Under the pieces are notes generated by a model. The model saw nothing but the letters and a program-made list of their open reading frames with translations, was not told where the DNA came from and did no database searches. A DNA stretch of 24,000 nucleotides from an uncultured Methanomicrobiales archaeon (GTDB lineage Archaea; Halobacteriota; Methanomicrobia; Methanomicrobiales; Methanospirillaceae), in NCBI GenBank assembly GCA_903926075.1, contig CAIYHQ010000110.1, forward strand, positions 22,026 to 46,025, given 5' to 3'. Made by a program: the position numbers and the translations under genes. Shown here piece after piece: positions 15,300 through 24,000 of this stretch; the stretch's first letter is position 1, and each line of letters starts with the position of its first letter.

Positions 15300-16508
15300 A
15301 TGAGAATTCTTATTCTGGATTCAATCCACGGTGGCACAGAACTTGAAAAATATATTTCTGTCATGGGACACACTACCACAGTTATTGATGTTTACAGGGG
15401 ACAAACAGAGCTAGTCCCTTCTCAATTCCTTACCCAGGATTATGATCTTGCAATTGTCCCTGTTCACCTTGACCCGCAAAATCCCTGGCTGAAAGCATAT
15501 AACGGTCCGGTAATAACCCATCATGCTGCAGTGAAGTGGCTGATTGGAGAGAAACCCACTTCACCTATGATAGAAATTACAGGTTCGCATGGAAAAACTA
15601 CAACAGCTTTTGCCCTTGCGTCTGTTTTCAATGGGCCTGGTATATTGCACACCTCTGCGGGTGACTGGGAATACCCTGAAAAAAGGTACCTCGGGCGTAC
15701 TGGCATCACACCTGCGTCATCCATTAAATTTGCACGTGAAACTGCAGAGAAGTCATGGTGGTTCATATCCGAGATGTCACTTGGCCTCTCCGGTGCCGGC
15801 TCACTTGGTATCATAACGTCAGATGAGACATACTCCTGTGCTAATGAAAAAAGAGATGCCCTTTCAATAAAGCTATGTGAATCCTCAAGATGTGACAAGC
15901 TTATTGTTGCAGGGAAAATTCCGGATATTAAAAGGGAAACAGTCCACGTGGAAAAATGCACATCGGTTGAAGGTGATAATCTCAGGTATAACTTTAACGG
16001 AATAACAGGTTCAATTAAAAACCCACTCCTTTTTCTTAAAGCCTATAAGACTCCTATGGCACTCGCTGCGGCTGCGGCATGCATGTTTTCAATTGATCCC
16101 TCCGGACTTTCTTTTTTTTCCCCTGTTACCGGCAGGCTTTCAATCAGAGAAGGGGATGAGAGAGTAATTATAGATAATTCCAATTCGGGTACGTCTTTAT
16201 CGACAACAGTTGATGCAATGGAATACGCACGTAATCTGGGTAAAGAAAAAAACATTTCACTTGTAATTGGACAGGACGGACATGCAGTATGTGAAAAATT
16301 TAACGAAAGAGATATTATTGAAGCAATAATTATTACAAAACCGGATTATGTGATCCTTGTGGAAGGAGATGAATCGATTCAATGGGCTCAAATTGAAGAG
16401 AAAATCGTAGAGAATAAGATCCCTTTTTCCACAACAATTTCACTTAAAAAGGCAAATGAAATTCAGTTGGATGGAACAGTAGTGCTCTCAGTAAAGACAT
16501 GGAGGTAA
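15300..16508 (+). CDS. cfbE: Coenzyme F430 synthetase CfbE (Mur-ligase-like)
   Basis: Mur-ligase P-loop ITGSHGKTTT. The start abuts the cfbA stop (TAAATG). Confidence 0.85.
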   Translation: MRILILDSIHGGTELEKYISVMGHTTTVIDVYRGQTELVPSQFLTQDYDLAIVPVHLDPQNPWLKAYNGPVITHHAAVKWLIGEKPTSPMIEITGSHGKTTTAFALASVFNGPGILHTSAGDWEYPEKRYLGRTGITPASSIKFARETAEKSWWFISEMSLGLSGAGSLGIITSDETYSCANEKRDALSIKLCESSRCDKLIVAGKIPDIKRETVHVEKCTSVEGDNLRYNFNGITGSIKNPLLFLKAYKTPMALAAAAACMFSIDPSGLSFFSPVTGRLSIREGDERVIIDNSNSGTSLSTTVDAMEYARNLGKEKNISLVIGQDGHAVCEKFNERDIIEAIIITKPDYVILVEGDESIQWAQIEEKIVENKIPFSTTISLKKANEIQLDGTVVLSVKTWR

Positions 16509-16510
16509 AA

Positions 16511-17575
16511 ATGCAGTTCATGCAGCCCAGACCAAGTTCAATAGTTGCAGCTTTGTATACCGCAAGAGATCTTGGCGTCGGAGTCGCAGTTCTCCATGGT
16601 CCTTCCGGTTGTTCATTCAAGCATGCACGTCTTCTTGAAGAAGATGGTATGAGGGTTCTCACAACCTCTCTTGCTGATAATGAATTCATATTTGGTGCTC
16701 ACGAATCACTTGTCAGAGTACTAAAATATGCAGAAAAGACATTTTCTCCTGATAAAATAGCCGTCATCGGGACATGTGTCTCAATGATAATAGGAGAAGA
16801 TTTAAGAGCAGCAGTTGCAAGCGCAGACCTTATTGCATCAGTAATATCTGTTGATATTCATGCCGGGTATACAGAAAATATTGAGGGCGTAATTCAGACC
16901 CTGGAAGCAGCTGAGGAAGCAGGATGGATATCAGGTGAAGAGCTTTTTAGGCAGAGAAACCTACTCGCGAAAGCAAATGAAGTAGAACGGCTTAGAGGTG
17001 CGGCATCGGTAGAATATATTGAACCCTCAAGGGGCGACCTTAAACATATAGCCGCATCAAGACTTATTGAACTTATAAAAACCGGTAAACGTGGAATTGC
17101 GGTATTGAACGCAAAAAAAGAGACTGCATACATATTTGCAGATATCATTGTTGCAATTAATGAAGTCTATCCTCTCGCGGATATAAAATACGTCGCAAAC
17201 CTTGAACCAAGAGGTCTTCCTAAAACTATAAAAGACTCTAATAATATCAGGAAAGGTCTTTTAGAGAGAAAAATACAATTCACGTGCATTGGAGCTCTTG
17301 ATGAATATGGAGCCAATGGGGACAGGATCGGCGAATATATTCGGGATTACTCCCCGGATTATGCCATTTTAATCGGTGTCCCGCATGCAATACCAAAAGA
17401 ATATCTCCAGAACATCGAGTGTTTCTCAGTAACAAACGGACCCAGGCAGGTTAAACCACTAAAAGACCAGGGGCATGCCCATGTAATTGTTGAAATTGAT
17501 CTCCATCCACGTTCACTTGGCATTACATCAATCCACCCATCAGAGTTCGGTGATGTCATCCGGAGCTTTTCATGA
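16511..17575 (+). CDS. cfbD: Ni-sirohydrochlorin a,c-diamide reductive cyclase subunit CfbD (NifD/K-like)
   Basis: Nitrogenase component-1-like N-terminus (VAVLHGPSGCSFKHARL). ATG 16511 lies 4 nt after a strong GGAGGT; the alternative ATG 16499 overlaps cfbE. Confidence 0.85.
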   Translation: MQFMQPRPSSIVAALYTARDLGVGVAVLHGPSGCSFKHARLLEEDGMRVLTTSLADNEFIFGAHESLVRVLKYAEKTFSPDKIAVIGTCVSMIIGEDLRAAVASADLIASVISVDIHAGYTENIEGVIQTLEAAEEAGWISGEELFRQRNLLAKANEVERLRGAASVEYIEPSRGDLKHIAASRLIELIKTGKRGIAVLNAKKETAYIFADIIVAINEVYPLADIKYVANLEPRGLPKTIKDSNNIRKGLLERKIQFTCIGALDEYGANGDRIGEYIRDYSPDYAILIGVPHAIPKEYLQNIECFSVTNGPRQVKPLKDQGHAHVIVEIDLHPRSLGITSIHPSEFGDVIRSFS

Positions 17576-18942
17576 AAGGTTTTATGATAGCAGGTGACCG
17601 ATCAGGAACAGGTAAGACGAGCGTTACTCTTGCAGTCGCCGGAATATTGTCAGAAAAATACTGTGTCCAGACTTTCAAGGTCGGCATGGATTACATTGAC
17701 CCTTCCTATCATACTGCTGTTACTGGCAGGCCTTGTCGGAACCTGGATAGTTTTGTGATGGAAACAGATACAATTAAAAGTATTTTTGCCGAGGGTTGTG
17801 AAGGTGCAGATATTGCAATTGTGGAAGGGGTTCGCGGACTGTATGAAGGATCTGAGGCTACGGGAGATGAAGGCAGTTCTGCATCAATCGCAAAATCACT
17901 TGACCTTAACGTGCTTTTGGTTATAGACGCAAAAAGTATAACACGCAGTGCGGCTGCAATTGTAAAAGGTTTTCAGTCGCTTGACAAAGGGGTTAAAATT
18001 ACAGGGGTGATTCTAAACAATCTCCATGGCAAAAGTCACACAAAAAAAGCAGTTGCTGCAGTTGAATATTATTGTAATTTGCCGGTTATTGGGGCTATCC
18101 CGAGGACACCTGACCTTGGACTTAGGATGAGGCATCTGGGCCTTGTCCCTTACCTGGAAGGAGAAGCTTCTCTGGAATTTAGAGACAGAATATCACACAT
18201 AAAAGAATCGATTGGATCATACATTGATATGGATAAACTTCTCACGGCTGCATCATCATTTATTAATCAAATTCCTTTCTCCCGTAAAGGTTCTGATTCG
18301 TTTTCACAGTTAAAGATTGGAATTGCTCTTGATAAGGCCTTTAATTTTTATTATGCCGACCTGTTTTCACTTTTATCATCCACTGGAACAGAGGTCACAT
18401 TTTTCAAACCGACCGAAGGAAAGCTTCCCGAAGCAGACGGATATATAATTGGAGGAGGTTATCCAGAACTCTATTTGGCAGAACTTGAAGCTAATGAAGT
18501 ATTGAGATCTGCAATCCAGGAAAAGGCACAGAATGGAGTCCCATTTTATGCAGAATGTGGAGGTCTGATGTATCTCACGCAGGAGATCCAATTAAAAGAA
18601 GGGTGGCAAAATGTAAAAAATGAGGAAACTTTCTATATGTGTGGTGTTTTTCCCGCAAAGACCAGAATGCCAGGGAGACGTGTAGTTTCATATGTAGAGG
18701 GGGTGTCACTTAAAGGATCAATTATGGGTGAATTTAGTTTTAAAGGGCATGAATTTCATTACTCAGAAGTAATCCCGGTTGATGAACTGCATTATACATA
18801 CAGGTTGAGAAGAGGTTTCGGCATTCGTAATGGTCTCGATGGGATATACATTAAATCAGTCATTGGCAGTTATACTCACCTGCACCCTCTTGCTTCGAAA
18901 CCCATGTTCATGCAATTCTTGAGAGCCTGTGAAAATGCTTAA
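17572..18942 (+). CDS. cfbB: Ni-sirohydrochlorin a,c-diamide synthase CfbB (CbiA/CobB family)
   Basis: P-loop GDRSGTGKTS; C-terminal glutamine amidotransferase motif AECGGLMYL; ATGA overlap with cfbD. Confidence 0.9.
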   Translation: MKGFMIAGDRSGTGKTSVTLAVAGILSEKYCVQTFKVGMDYIDPSYHTAVTGRPCRNLDSFVMETDTIKSIFAEGCEGADIAIVEGVRGLYEGSEATGDEGSSASIAKSLDLNVLLVIDAKSITRSAAAIVKGFQSLDKGVKITGVILNNLHGKSHTKKAVAAVEYYCNLPVIGAIPRTPDLGLRMRHLGLVPYLEGEASLEFRDRISHIKESIGSYIDMDKLLTAASSFINQIPFSRKGSDSFSQLKIGIALDKAFNFYYADLFSLLSSTGTEVTFFKPTEGKLPEADGYIIGGGYPELYLAELEANEVLRSAIQEKAQNGVPFYAECGGLMYLTQEIQLKEGWQNVKNEETFYMCGVFPAKTRMPGRRVVSYVEGVSLKGSIMGEFSFKGHEFHYSEVIPVDELHYTYRLRRGFGIRNGLDGIYIKSVIGSYTHLHPLASKPMFMQFLRACENA

Positions 18943-20284
18943 ACCCGGTCATTCAAAAAAAATACAAACACGGCCTAAAAAATTATTAAAAAAGGATAGA
19001 ACATCCAATACAGTCCCTTCCAAGACTTTTGACGATGAAAATCTGAAATGTTTTTTCCGGGCTCCTGTAATTCCAAACAAACTAGAGGAAAGTATACTCG
19101 CTTATATCTCCAAAAAAACAGGAAAACCCTGGAACGATCCTCAAACAATCTCAAAAATTCAGCATTACATCCGGATACAAAAAGATGAATACTGGCAGGA
19201 AGCGGGTAAGAGAAAGATCTCGTATGTAAAAGGGTACAGAGTCTTTTCATACCTGACTTACCACCTGCCGGTCTATTTTATTCAGTTTGAGCATTTGCTC
19301 TTCCGGCTTATTTCAGGGAGCTATATCCCGGAAAAGTTTATTCTTGTAGATATGGGTTCTGGTCCAGGGGTAGTCACTCTTGCAACCGCCGACCTTATTC
19401 ACAGGAGAGGAAAAGGTTACGCAGAGATATATGCCTTTGAAAAGGCTCCTGAAAATATTGAGGCATATAATTTCCTTGTCTCGTCGTTTACCGGAAAGCG
19501 GGAAGACTTGCGGATACACAATCCAGTTGAAAAAGACATTACAACTCTGCAGACCGAAGATCTCCCTCAAAAGATCGATCTGTTAGTATTTCAGAATGTT
19601 TTATGTGAACTCTCCGATATCTCAATAAAAGAAAAGGCGCTACTCATTCGACGTTTCAGGGAGAACCTGGGTAAAGAAGGAATATTACTTCTTGTTGAAC
19701 CGGCAGAACTGGAAAACTCCACTAAACTGAGAGAGATAGAGAGGGAATTGAAGAAAAACGGTTTTAAAACTATCAGTCCCTGCCCAAAAATAATGGGAGA
19801 CAGATGCACAGACCCTACATGTTGGACTTTTAAAACAGAATATCCATTATGGGCGCCTGAATTTGACAAAGTACTGGCAGCCGGTGCAGAAGGTTACAGG
19901 TTCATGAATACCGATATAAAATATTCATATTCAATTTTAAAACAGGACGATGGATTTTTTTTTCAACCGGGTTATAAAAATTACATACCTTGTTCAAGTC
20001 TCAAATTATATGTCGGAAGAAGAGTGAGGATCATCGGATCTGTAATGTCACAGGACATCGGAGATAAAAAGCACCATATCTTTAAAGTCTGTGATGGGAC
20101 AGCACGTAATTCTGTATATGTAATCCTCCCGCACTACCATATTTCACAAAATAACAATGCCCTGTTAAAATCCTCCTACGGAGAGATCTTCCGTTTTGAC
20201 CCGGTTTTTGTCAGGATAAACAAAGCATATGGCTCAATTAATCTTCTTATCTCAAAAGAGACCAGAATATCCAAAGAGAAATAA
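18935..20284 (+). CDS. Rsm22-like class I SAM-dependent methyltransferase with a possible C-terminal OB-fold-like domain
   Basis: SAM motif I VDMGSGPGVVTLA, preceded by the Rsm22-type YLTYHLPVYF segment. Acidic post-I and motif IV-like LLVFQNVLCEL. The start overlaps cfbB by 8 nt (ATG 18935) or 14 nt (GTG 18929). Confidence 0.6.
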   Translation: MLKPGHSKKIQTRPKKLLKKDRTSNTVPSKTFDDENLKCFFRAPVIPNKLEESILAYISKKTGKPWNDPQTISKIQHYIRIQKDEYWQEAGKRKISYVKGYRVFSYLTYHLPVYFIQFEHLLFRLISGSYIPEKFILVDMGSGPGVVTLATADLIHRRGKGYAEIYAFEKAPENIEAYNFLVSSFTGKREDLRIHNPVEKDITTLQTEDLPQKIDLLVFQNVLCELSDISIKEKALLIRRFRENLGKEGILLLVEPAELENSTKLREIERELKKNGFKTISPCPKIMGDRCTDPTCWTFKTEYPLWAPEFDKVLAAGAEGYRFMNTDIKYSYSILKQDDGFFFQPGYKNYIPCSSLKLYVGRRVRIIGSVMSQDIGDKKHHIFKVCDGTARNSVYVILPHYHISQNNNALLKSSYGEIFRFDPVFVRINKAYGSINLLISKETRISKEK

Positions 20285-20325
20285 CCGATCCAGTAGAAAA
20301 CTGATAATATCGCGGGGAATTTCAC

Positions 20326-21249
20326 ATGTCTGAATCTTTCAAAAAAACATATCCATTTAATATAATTTCGATAAAAGATCTCGGCCGTAAAGAGATTGAG
20401 AGTATTCTTGATGATGCCTCGAGGATTGCAGACGGTTTATATCCAGATAATGCATTAAATGGAAAAATTTTAGCGCTTCTTTTTTTTGAACCCAGTACAC
20501 GTACCAGGATGTCATTTGAAGCAGCTATGGCAAGACTTGGAGGGAGAAGTATAAATCTTGACAGTATTGAAGCCAGTTCTCTTGCTAAAGGAGAGACTCT
20601 CGCCGATACGATAAGAGTTGTAAGCGGATATGCAGATATCATAGTCCTACGTCACCCGTCTGAAGGTGCAGCGCGCCTGGCAAGTGAATTTGCACGAGTG
20701 CCTGTAATAAATGCGGGAGACGGGGCTGGTCAGCATCCCTCTCAGACACTGCTTGACCTATATACAATTAAACAGGCAATGCCGATTGATAAAATTGACA
20801 TAGGGCTACTTGGAGACCTTAGATATGGAAGGACCGCTCATTCACTTGCGTATGCTCTCTCATTGTTTAATGCAAGAATTCATACGCTATCACCAAGAGG
20901 CCTGGAACTTCCTGATAGCATCCTCAATGAATTAGAAGAGAATGGTACTGAGGTTATTCCTCATGAAGAAATTAACGAGGTAATCCCATTGCTTGATGTT
21001 CTTTATGTTACACGCCTCCAGAGAGAGCGTTTTCCTGATTCAGCATCATACGTGAATATAGCCAAAAATTTCAGGATTACGCCTGAAATACTGGAATCTG
21101 CAAAAGATCACCTTATTCTTCTTCACCCACTACCCAGAGTTGATGAAATTGATCCGCAAGTAGATGAACTCCCTTGTGCAAAGTATTTTGAACAGTCAAA
21201 AAACGGTGTCCCTGTCAGGATGGCAATGCTTATGGAGATGTTCAGGTGA
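20326..21249 (+). CDS. pyrB: Aspartate carbamoyltransferase catalytic subunit
   Basis: FFEPSTRTR, HPSQ..LD and LHPLPR motifs. Confidence 0.95.
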   Translation: MSESFKKTYPFNIISIKDLGRKEIESILDDASRIADGLYPDNALNGKILALLFFEPSTRTRMSFEAAMARLGGRSINLDSIEASSLAKGETLADTIRVVSGYADIIVLRHPSEGAARLASEFARVPVINAGDGAGQHPSQTLLDLYTIKQAMPIDKIDIGLLGDLRYGRTAHSLAYALSLFNARIHTLSPRGLELPDSILNELEENGTEVIPHEEINEVIPLLDVLYVTRLQRERFPDSASYVNIAKNFRITPEILESAKDHLILLHPLPRVDEIDPQVDELPCAKYFEQSKNGVPVRMAMLMEMFR

Positions 21250-21704
21250 ATGAAGACGATTCTCTCCGTATCCGCCCGATTGAGAACGGGACAGTTATCG
21301 ACCATATCACAGCAGGTGAAGCTCTGAATGTGCTTCGCATTATCGGGATAACCGGGACAACAAAGGAGTCAATAAGTGTTGCAACAAATGTCCAATCAGG
21401 CTTAATGCCAAAGAAGGATATCGTAAAGATTGATAACAGGGAGCTTCTGAAAGAAGAGGTCGACAGAATCGCACTTATCTCTCCAAAGGCAACCATAAAC
21501 ATAATCAGGAATTATAAAGTATTTGAGAAAAAAGGAGTCCAGATACCCAAAGTCATTACAGGTATTGTAAAATGCCCAAACCCCAGGTGTATTTCAAATG
21601 CAAATGAACCAATTGAGAGCAGATTTGAGGTCCTGGAATCCGGAATCCGGTGCCTTTATTGCGAGGGCGTTATTACCAAAGATATTAGCCAGCATTTTAT
21701 GTGA
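21246..21704 (+). CDS. pyrI: Aspartate carbamoyltransferase regulatory subunit
   Basis: IENGTVIDHI allosteric domain; zinc domain CPNPRC...CLYCE; 4-nt GTGA overlap with pyrB (GTG start at 21246). Confidence 0.95.
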   Translation: MNEDDSLRIRPIENGTVIDHITAGEALNVLRIIGITGTTKESISVATNVQSGLMPKKDIVKIDNRELLKEEVDRIALISPKATINIIRNYKVFEKKGVQIPKVITGIVKCPNPRCISNANEPIESRFEVLESGIRCLYCEGVITKDISQHFM

Positions 21705-22155
21705 TCAATTTTCCATGGGTATCAATTTCGCCCCTGTAAATCCGGGTACTCGAAATCCAGCGGTGGTCTTCAGCAAGTACACAGGTGATCTGGTGAACAT
21801 CAACTTTTTTCAAACCCTTCTCGTGTCTTAATCTGTTTATCTCAATTGCCGTATCAAGTGTTTCTTCACTCACAACAAGCGCATCAAAGTCGGTTTCAAG
21901 AGTTGAACCAATCCGGTCCAGCAGTGGCTCGATGGAGTATGATGCAGAAAATCCGCATTCCAGAATAAAATTTTTTAACCCTTCACTGCGCTCTTCAAAG
22001 GTAAGTACAGGATGTGATTTTTTCCTTGCAAAGTCGTCTGTCGTGATACCAATAACGACATTCCCGAGTTCCCCCGCGAGTTCGAATGAGCGTCTGATAA
22101 GCTGTTTATGTCCGTCGTGAAGAGGGGAGAAGGTGCCTCCCACCATAACCTTCAT
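21697..22155 (-). CDS. coaD: Archaeal phosphopantetheine adenylyltransferase (cytidylyltransferase-like)
   Basis: GGTFSPLHDGHKQL nucleotidyltransferase (H/T)xGH motif and ISSTRI motif; ~150 aa. It converges on pyrI with an 8-nt overlap. Confidence 0.8.
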   Translation of the reverse strand: MKVMVGGTFSPLHDGHKQLIRRSFELAGELGNVVIGITTDDFARKKSHPVLTFEERSEGLKNFILECGFSASYSIEPLLDRIGSTLETDFDALVVSEETLDTAIEINRLRHEKGLKKVDVHQITCVLAEDHRWISSTRIYRGEIDTHGKLIT

Positions 22156-22186
22156 TCATCCTGATTGTTAACGCTCTGGATATAAT

Positions 22187-22678
22187 ATGGCTGTTGAATT
22201 GAACCGGGGGAAAGCACTGTTCATCGCAGAGAATGCAACGGTAATCGGTGATGTTACACTTGAAGAAGATGTGAGTATATGGTTTGGAGCAGTAATAAGG
22301 GCTGATAAAGATAAGATAAGTATCGGTTATAGATCAAACATCCAGGATAACTGTGTTATTCATACAAGCGCGGGTTACCCGATCAAAATTGGTTCGAATG
22401 TCTCTGTTGGACATGCGGCTGTCCTGCATGGATGCACTGTTGGGGACCGGGTTCTCATTGGAATGGGCGCAATAGTCCTGAATGGTGCCTTCATAGGTGA
22501 AGATTCAATAATTGGAGCTGGTTCAGTAATAACCGAAGGTAAAATAATACCCAAGGGTTCACTCGTCCTTGGAGTTCCTGGAAAAATCATCAGGGAAACG
22601 AACGACGAACAGAAACAGAATATTTTAAAAAATTCAAATAATTATAGAGACCTCGCAAGGAAGTATTGCAATGACTGA
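22187..22678 (+). CDS. Gamma-carbonic-anhydrase-like / hexapeptide-repeat (left-handed beta-helix) protein
   Basis: Hexapeptide repeats throughout (IGDVTLEEDVSIWFGAVIRAD...IGSNVSVGHAAVLHGCTVGDRVLIGMGAIVLNG), as in the YrdA/PaaY family. Confidence 0.85.
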   Translation: MAVELNRGKALFIAENATVIGDVTLEEDVSIWFGAVIRADKDKISIGYRSNIQDNCVIHTSAGYPIKIGSNVSVGHAAVLHGCTVGDRVLIGMGAIVLNGAFIGEDSIIGAGSVITEGKIIPKGSLVLGVPGKIIRETNDEQKQNILKNSNNYRDLARKYCND

Positions 22679-23945
22679 TGTCCTTATCATAGGAGGAGGG
22701 GTTGCAGGTATCGAAGCAGCACTGAAGACTGCTGATAATGGAATCCACGTTCATCTTGTCGAAAGGGAGCCTTCAATTGGCGGAAGAATGAGCCAGCTCG
22801 ATAAGACATTTCCTACTAACGACTGCTCGATGTGTATCCTTTCACCAAAAATGGTAGATGTTGTCAGACACCCGCTTATCACTGTCTATACCTGTAGCGA
22901 AGTGACGGATGTAACAGGAGAAAAAGGAAATTTTATTGCAACTATTCGAAAAAACCCTAGATACATCGATGAGGATATCTGCAATGGTTGTGGGGACTGT
23001 ATAGAAATATGTCCTGTTGAAGTATACAACAGATATGATGCAGGAATGGGTATAAGAAAAGCCATTTACAAACCACATCCCCAGGCAGTTCCTGATATTG
23101 TCGTTAAAGATGAGGAGCATTGTATCGAGTGCGGGCTATGTTATGATGTATGCGGGCTCAACGCAATAAAAAAGGAAGATACCCCCAGGGTTATTACAAT
23201 CCATGCTTCTGCAATAATCCTCGCAACCGGCTATCAGGTTTTCAACCCTGAAACTCGTCCTGCATTAAATTATAAAACTCATCCTGACGTTATCACTGGA
23301 ATCGAACTTGAGCGGCTCATCAATGCATCAGGCCCGACAAAAGGAATAATAAAATGCCCTTCAAGTGGGAAAGAACCTGAAAATATTGCATTTATTCAGT
23401 GTGTAGGTTCAAGGAATATGGCCATTGGAAGGCCTTACTGCTCGTGTGTATGTTGCATGGCAGCCATAAAAAATTCAATTCTTATCAGGGAAAAACACCC
23501 TGAAACAAGCTTAACAATTTTTTATATAGATATCCGGACATATGGAAAAGGTTATGAAGAATATTATAACAGGGCTATCAGTCTTGGTGTAAAATTTATC
23601 AGAGGTCTTCCATCCGAAGTGACAATAGGGAGGGAAGGCCTTACAATTGTTGCTGAAAATACAGAGAATGGCGAGATTATCACTATGCATCCGGACCTTG
23701 TTGTCCTCTCCGCCGGAATGGAGCCATCCGGTACTACATTCAGAATGGCTGAAATGTTGGGAATAGATATTGACTTAAATGGATTTGTTGCTGTAAAAAA
23801 TGAAGCTCTGGACCCTGTTGCAACTTCTATACCTGGTATTTACGTTGCCGGAACTGCAACTGCCCCCAAAGATATTCCTGACTGCGTTGCATTTGCGGGA
23901 GCTGCAGCATTGCGAGCAGTGACCGATGCAAGGAAGGTTAGTTGA
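22671..23945 (+). CDS. HdrA-like FAD / iron-sulfur oxidoreductase (short, 424-aa form)
   Basis: GGGVAGIEAAL dinucleotide fold; HdrA-signature LDKTFPTNDCSMCILSPKM; two ferredoxin motifs CNGCGDCIEICP and CIECGLCYDVC. It overlaps the upstream gene by 8 nt. Confidence 0.8.
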   Translation: MTDVLIIGGGVAGIEAALKTADNGIHVHLVEREPSIGGRMSQLDKTFPTNDCSMCILSPKMVDVVRHPLITVYTCSEVTDVTGEKGNFIATIRKNPRYIDEDICNGCGDCIEICPVEVYNRYDAGMGIRKAIYKPHPQAVPDIVVKDEEHCIECGLCYDVCGLNAIKKEDTPRVITIHASAIILATGYQVFNPETRPALNYKTHPDVITGIELERLINASGPTKGIIKCPSSGKEPENIAFIQCVGSRNMAIGRPYCSCVCCMAAIKNSILIREKHPETSLTIFYIDIRTYGKGYEEYYNRAISLGVKFIRGLPSEVTIGREGLTIVAENTENGEIITMHPDLVVLSAGMEPSGTTFRMAEMLGIDIDLNGFVAVKNEALDPVATSIPGIYVAGTATAPKDIPDCVAFAGAAALRAVTDARKVS

Positions 23946-23950
23946 AGATT

Positions 23951-24000
23951 ATGGATAAGACAATATGGTGGGAACAAACTACTCATTCCATACACTACAT
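23951..24000 (+). CDS. 5' end of an unidentified CDS (MDKTIWWEQTTHSIHY...)
   Basis: ATG 5 nt after the HdrA-like stop, open to the window edge. Too short to identify. Confidence 0.3.
   Translation, partial: MDKTIWWEQTTHSIHY

Noticed and set aside
15521-15961. 146-aa minus-strand ORF, plus the smaller ORFs 15589-15816 (+) and 16043-16255 (-)
   Set aside because: They lie inside cfbE, antisense or in alternative frames, and have no motifs of their own.
10984-18942. Possible nickel theme linking hypA/hypE to the nickel-tetrapyrrole cfb operon
   Set aside because: The two blocks are separated by an oppositely oriented methanopterin-related operon and belong to independent, well-understood maturation pathways. 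The proximity is most simply coincidental.
20322-20642. 106-aa minus-strand ORF
   Set aside because: It is antisense to pyrB, with S/L/I/A-rich shadow composition.
1-24000. Search for tRNA/rRNA genes, CRISPR repeats, IS/transposase or integrase genes, and prophage or defence-island signatures
   Set aside because: None were seen. Intergenic regions are all under ~200 bp, there are no direct-repeat arrays, no T-loop-like GGTTCGAATCC motif occurs outside coding context, and there are no recombinase-like ORFs.

Overview
AT-rich chromosomal window from a methanogenic euryarchaeon; the gene content (coenzyme F430 and methanopterin genes, HdrA-like protein, PAN) points to class Methanomicrobia. I saw no tRNA, rRNA, CRISPR array or mobile element. 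About 35 tightly packed genes are present. Recognisable blocks: PAN; aconitase-X small subunit, DUF2148 and beta-RFAP synthase (methanopterin); hypA-hypE; a minus-strand trio of H4MPT-linked genes with unassigned biochemistry (Dus-like TIM barrel carrying a double [FW]CC eight-Cys domain, CitG-like, DUF447); the F430 operon cfbA-cfbE-cfbD-cfbB (no cfbC) with a translationally coupled Rsm22-like methyltransferase; pyrBI; archaeal PPAT; a gamma-CA-like protein; and a short HdrA-like flavoprotein. The left third is the least explained. It holds two tandem paralogous secreted transglutaminase-fold proteins (193-2649) and an apparently leaderless, translationally coupled module at 3277-5836. That module encodes a VAT-N/TrkA-C protein with an 11-residue periodic linker, two membrane-anchored and two soluble coiled-coil proteins (three of the four are paralogs), and two small Cys-rich zinc-finger proteins, one of them absent from the ORF track. 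This module is my best candidate for an undescribed system, but its function cannot be deduced from sequence alone. All family assignments rest on motif recognition by eye; no searches were run.
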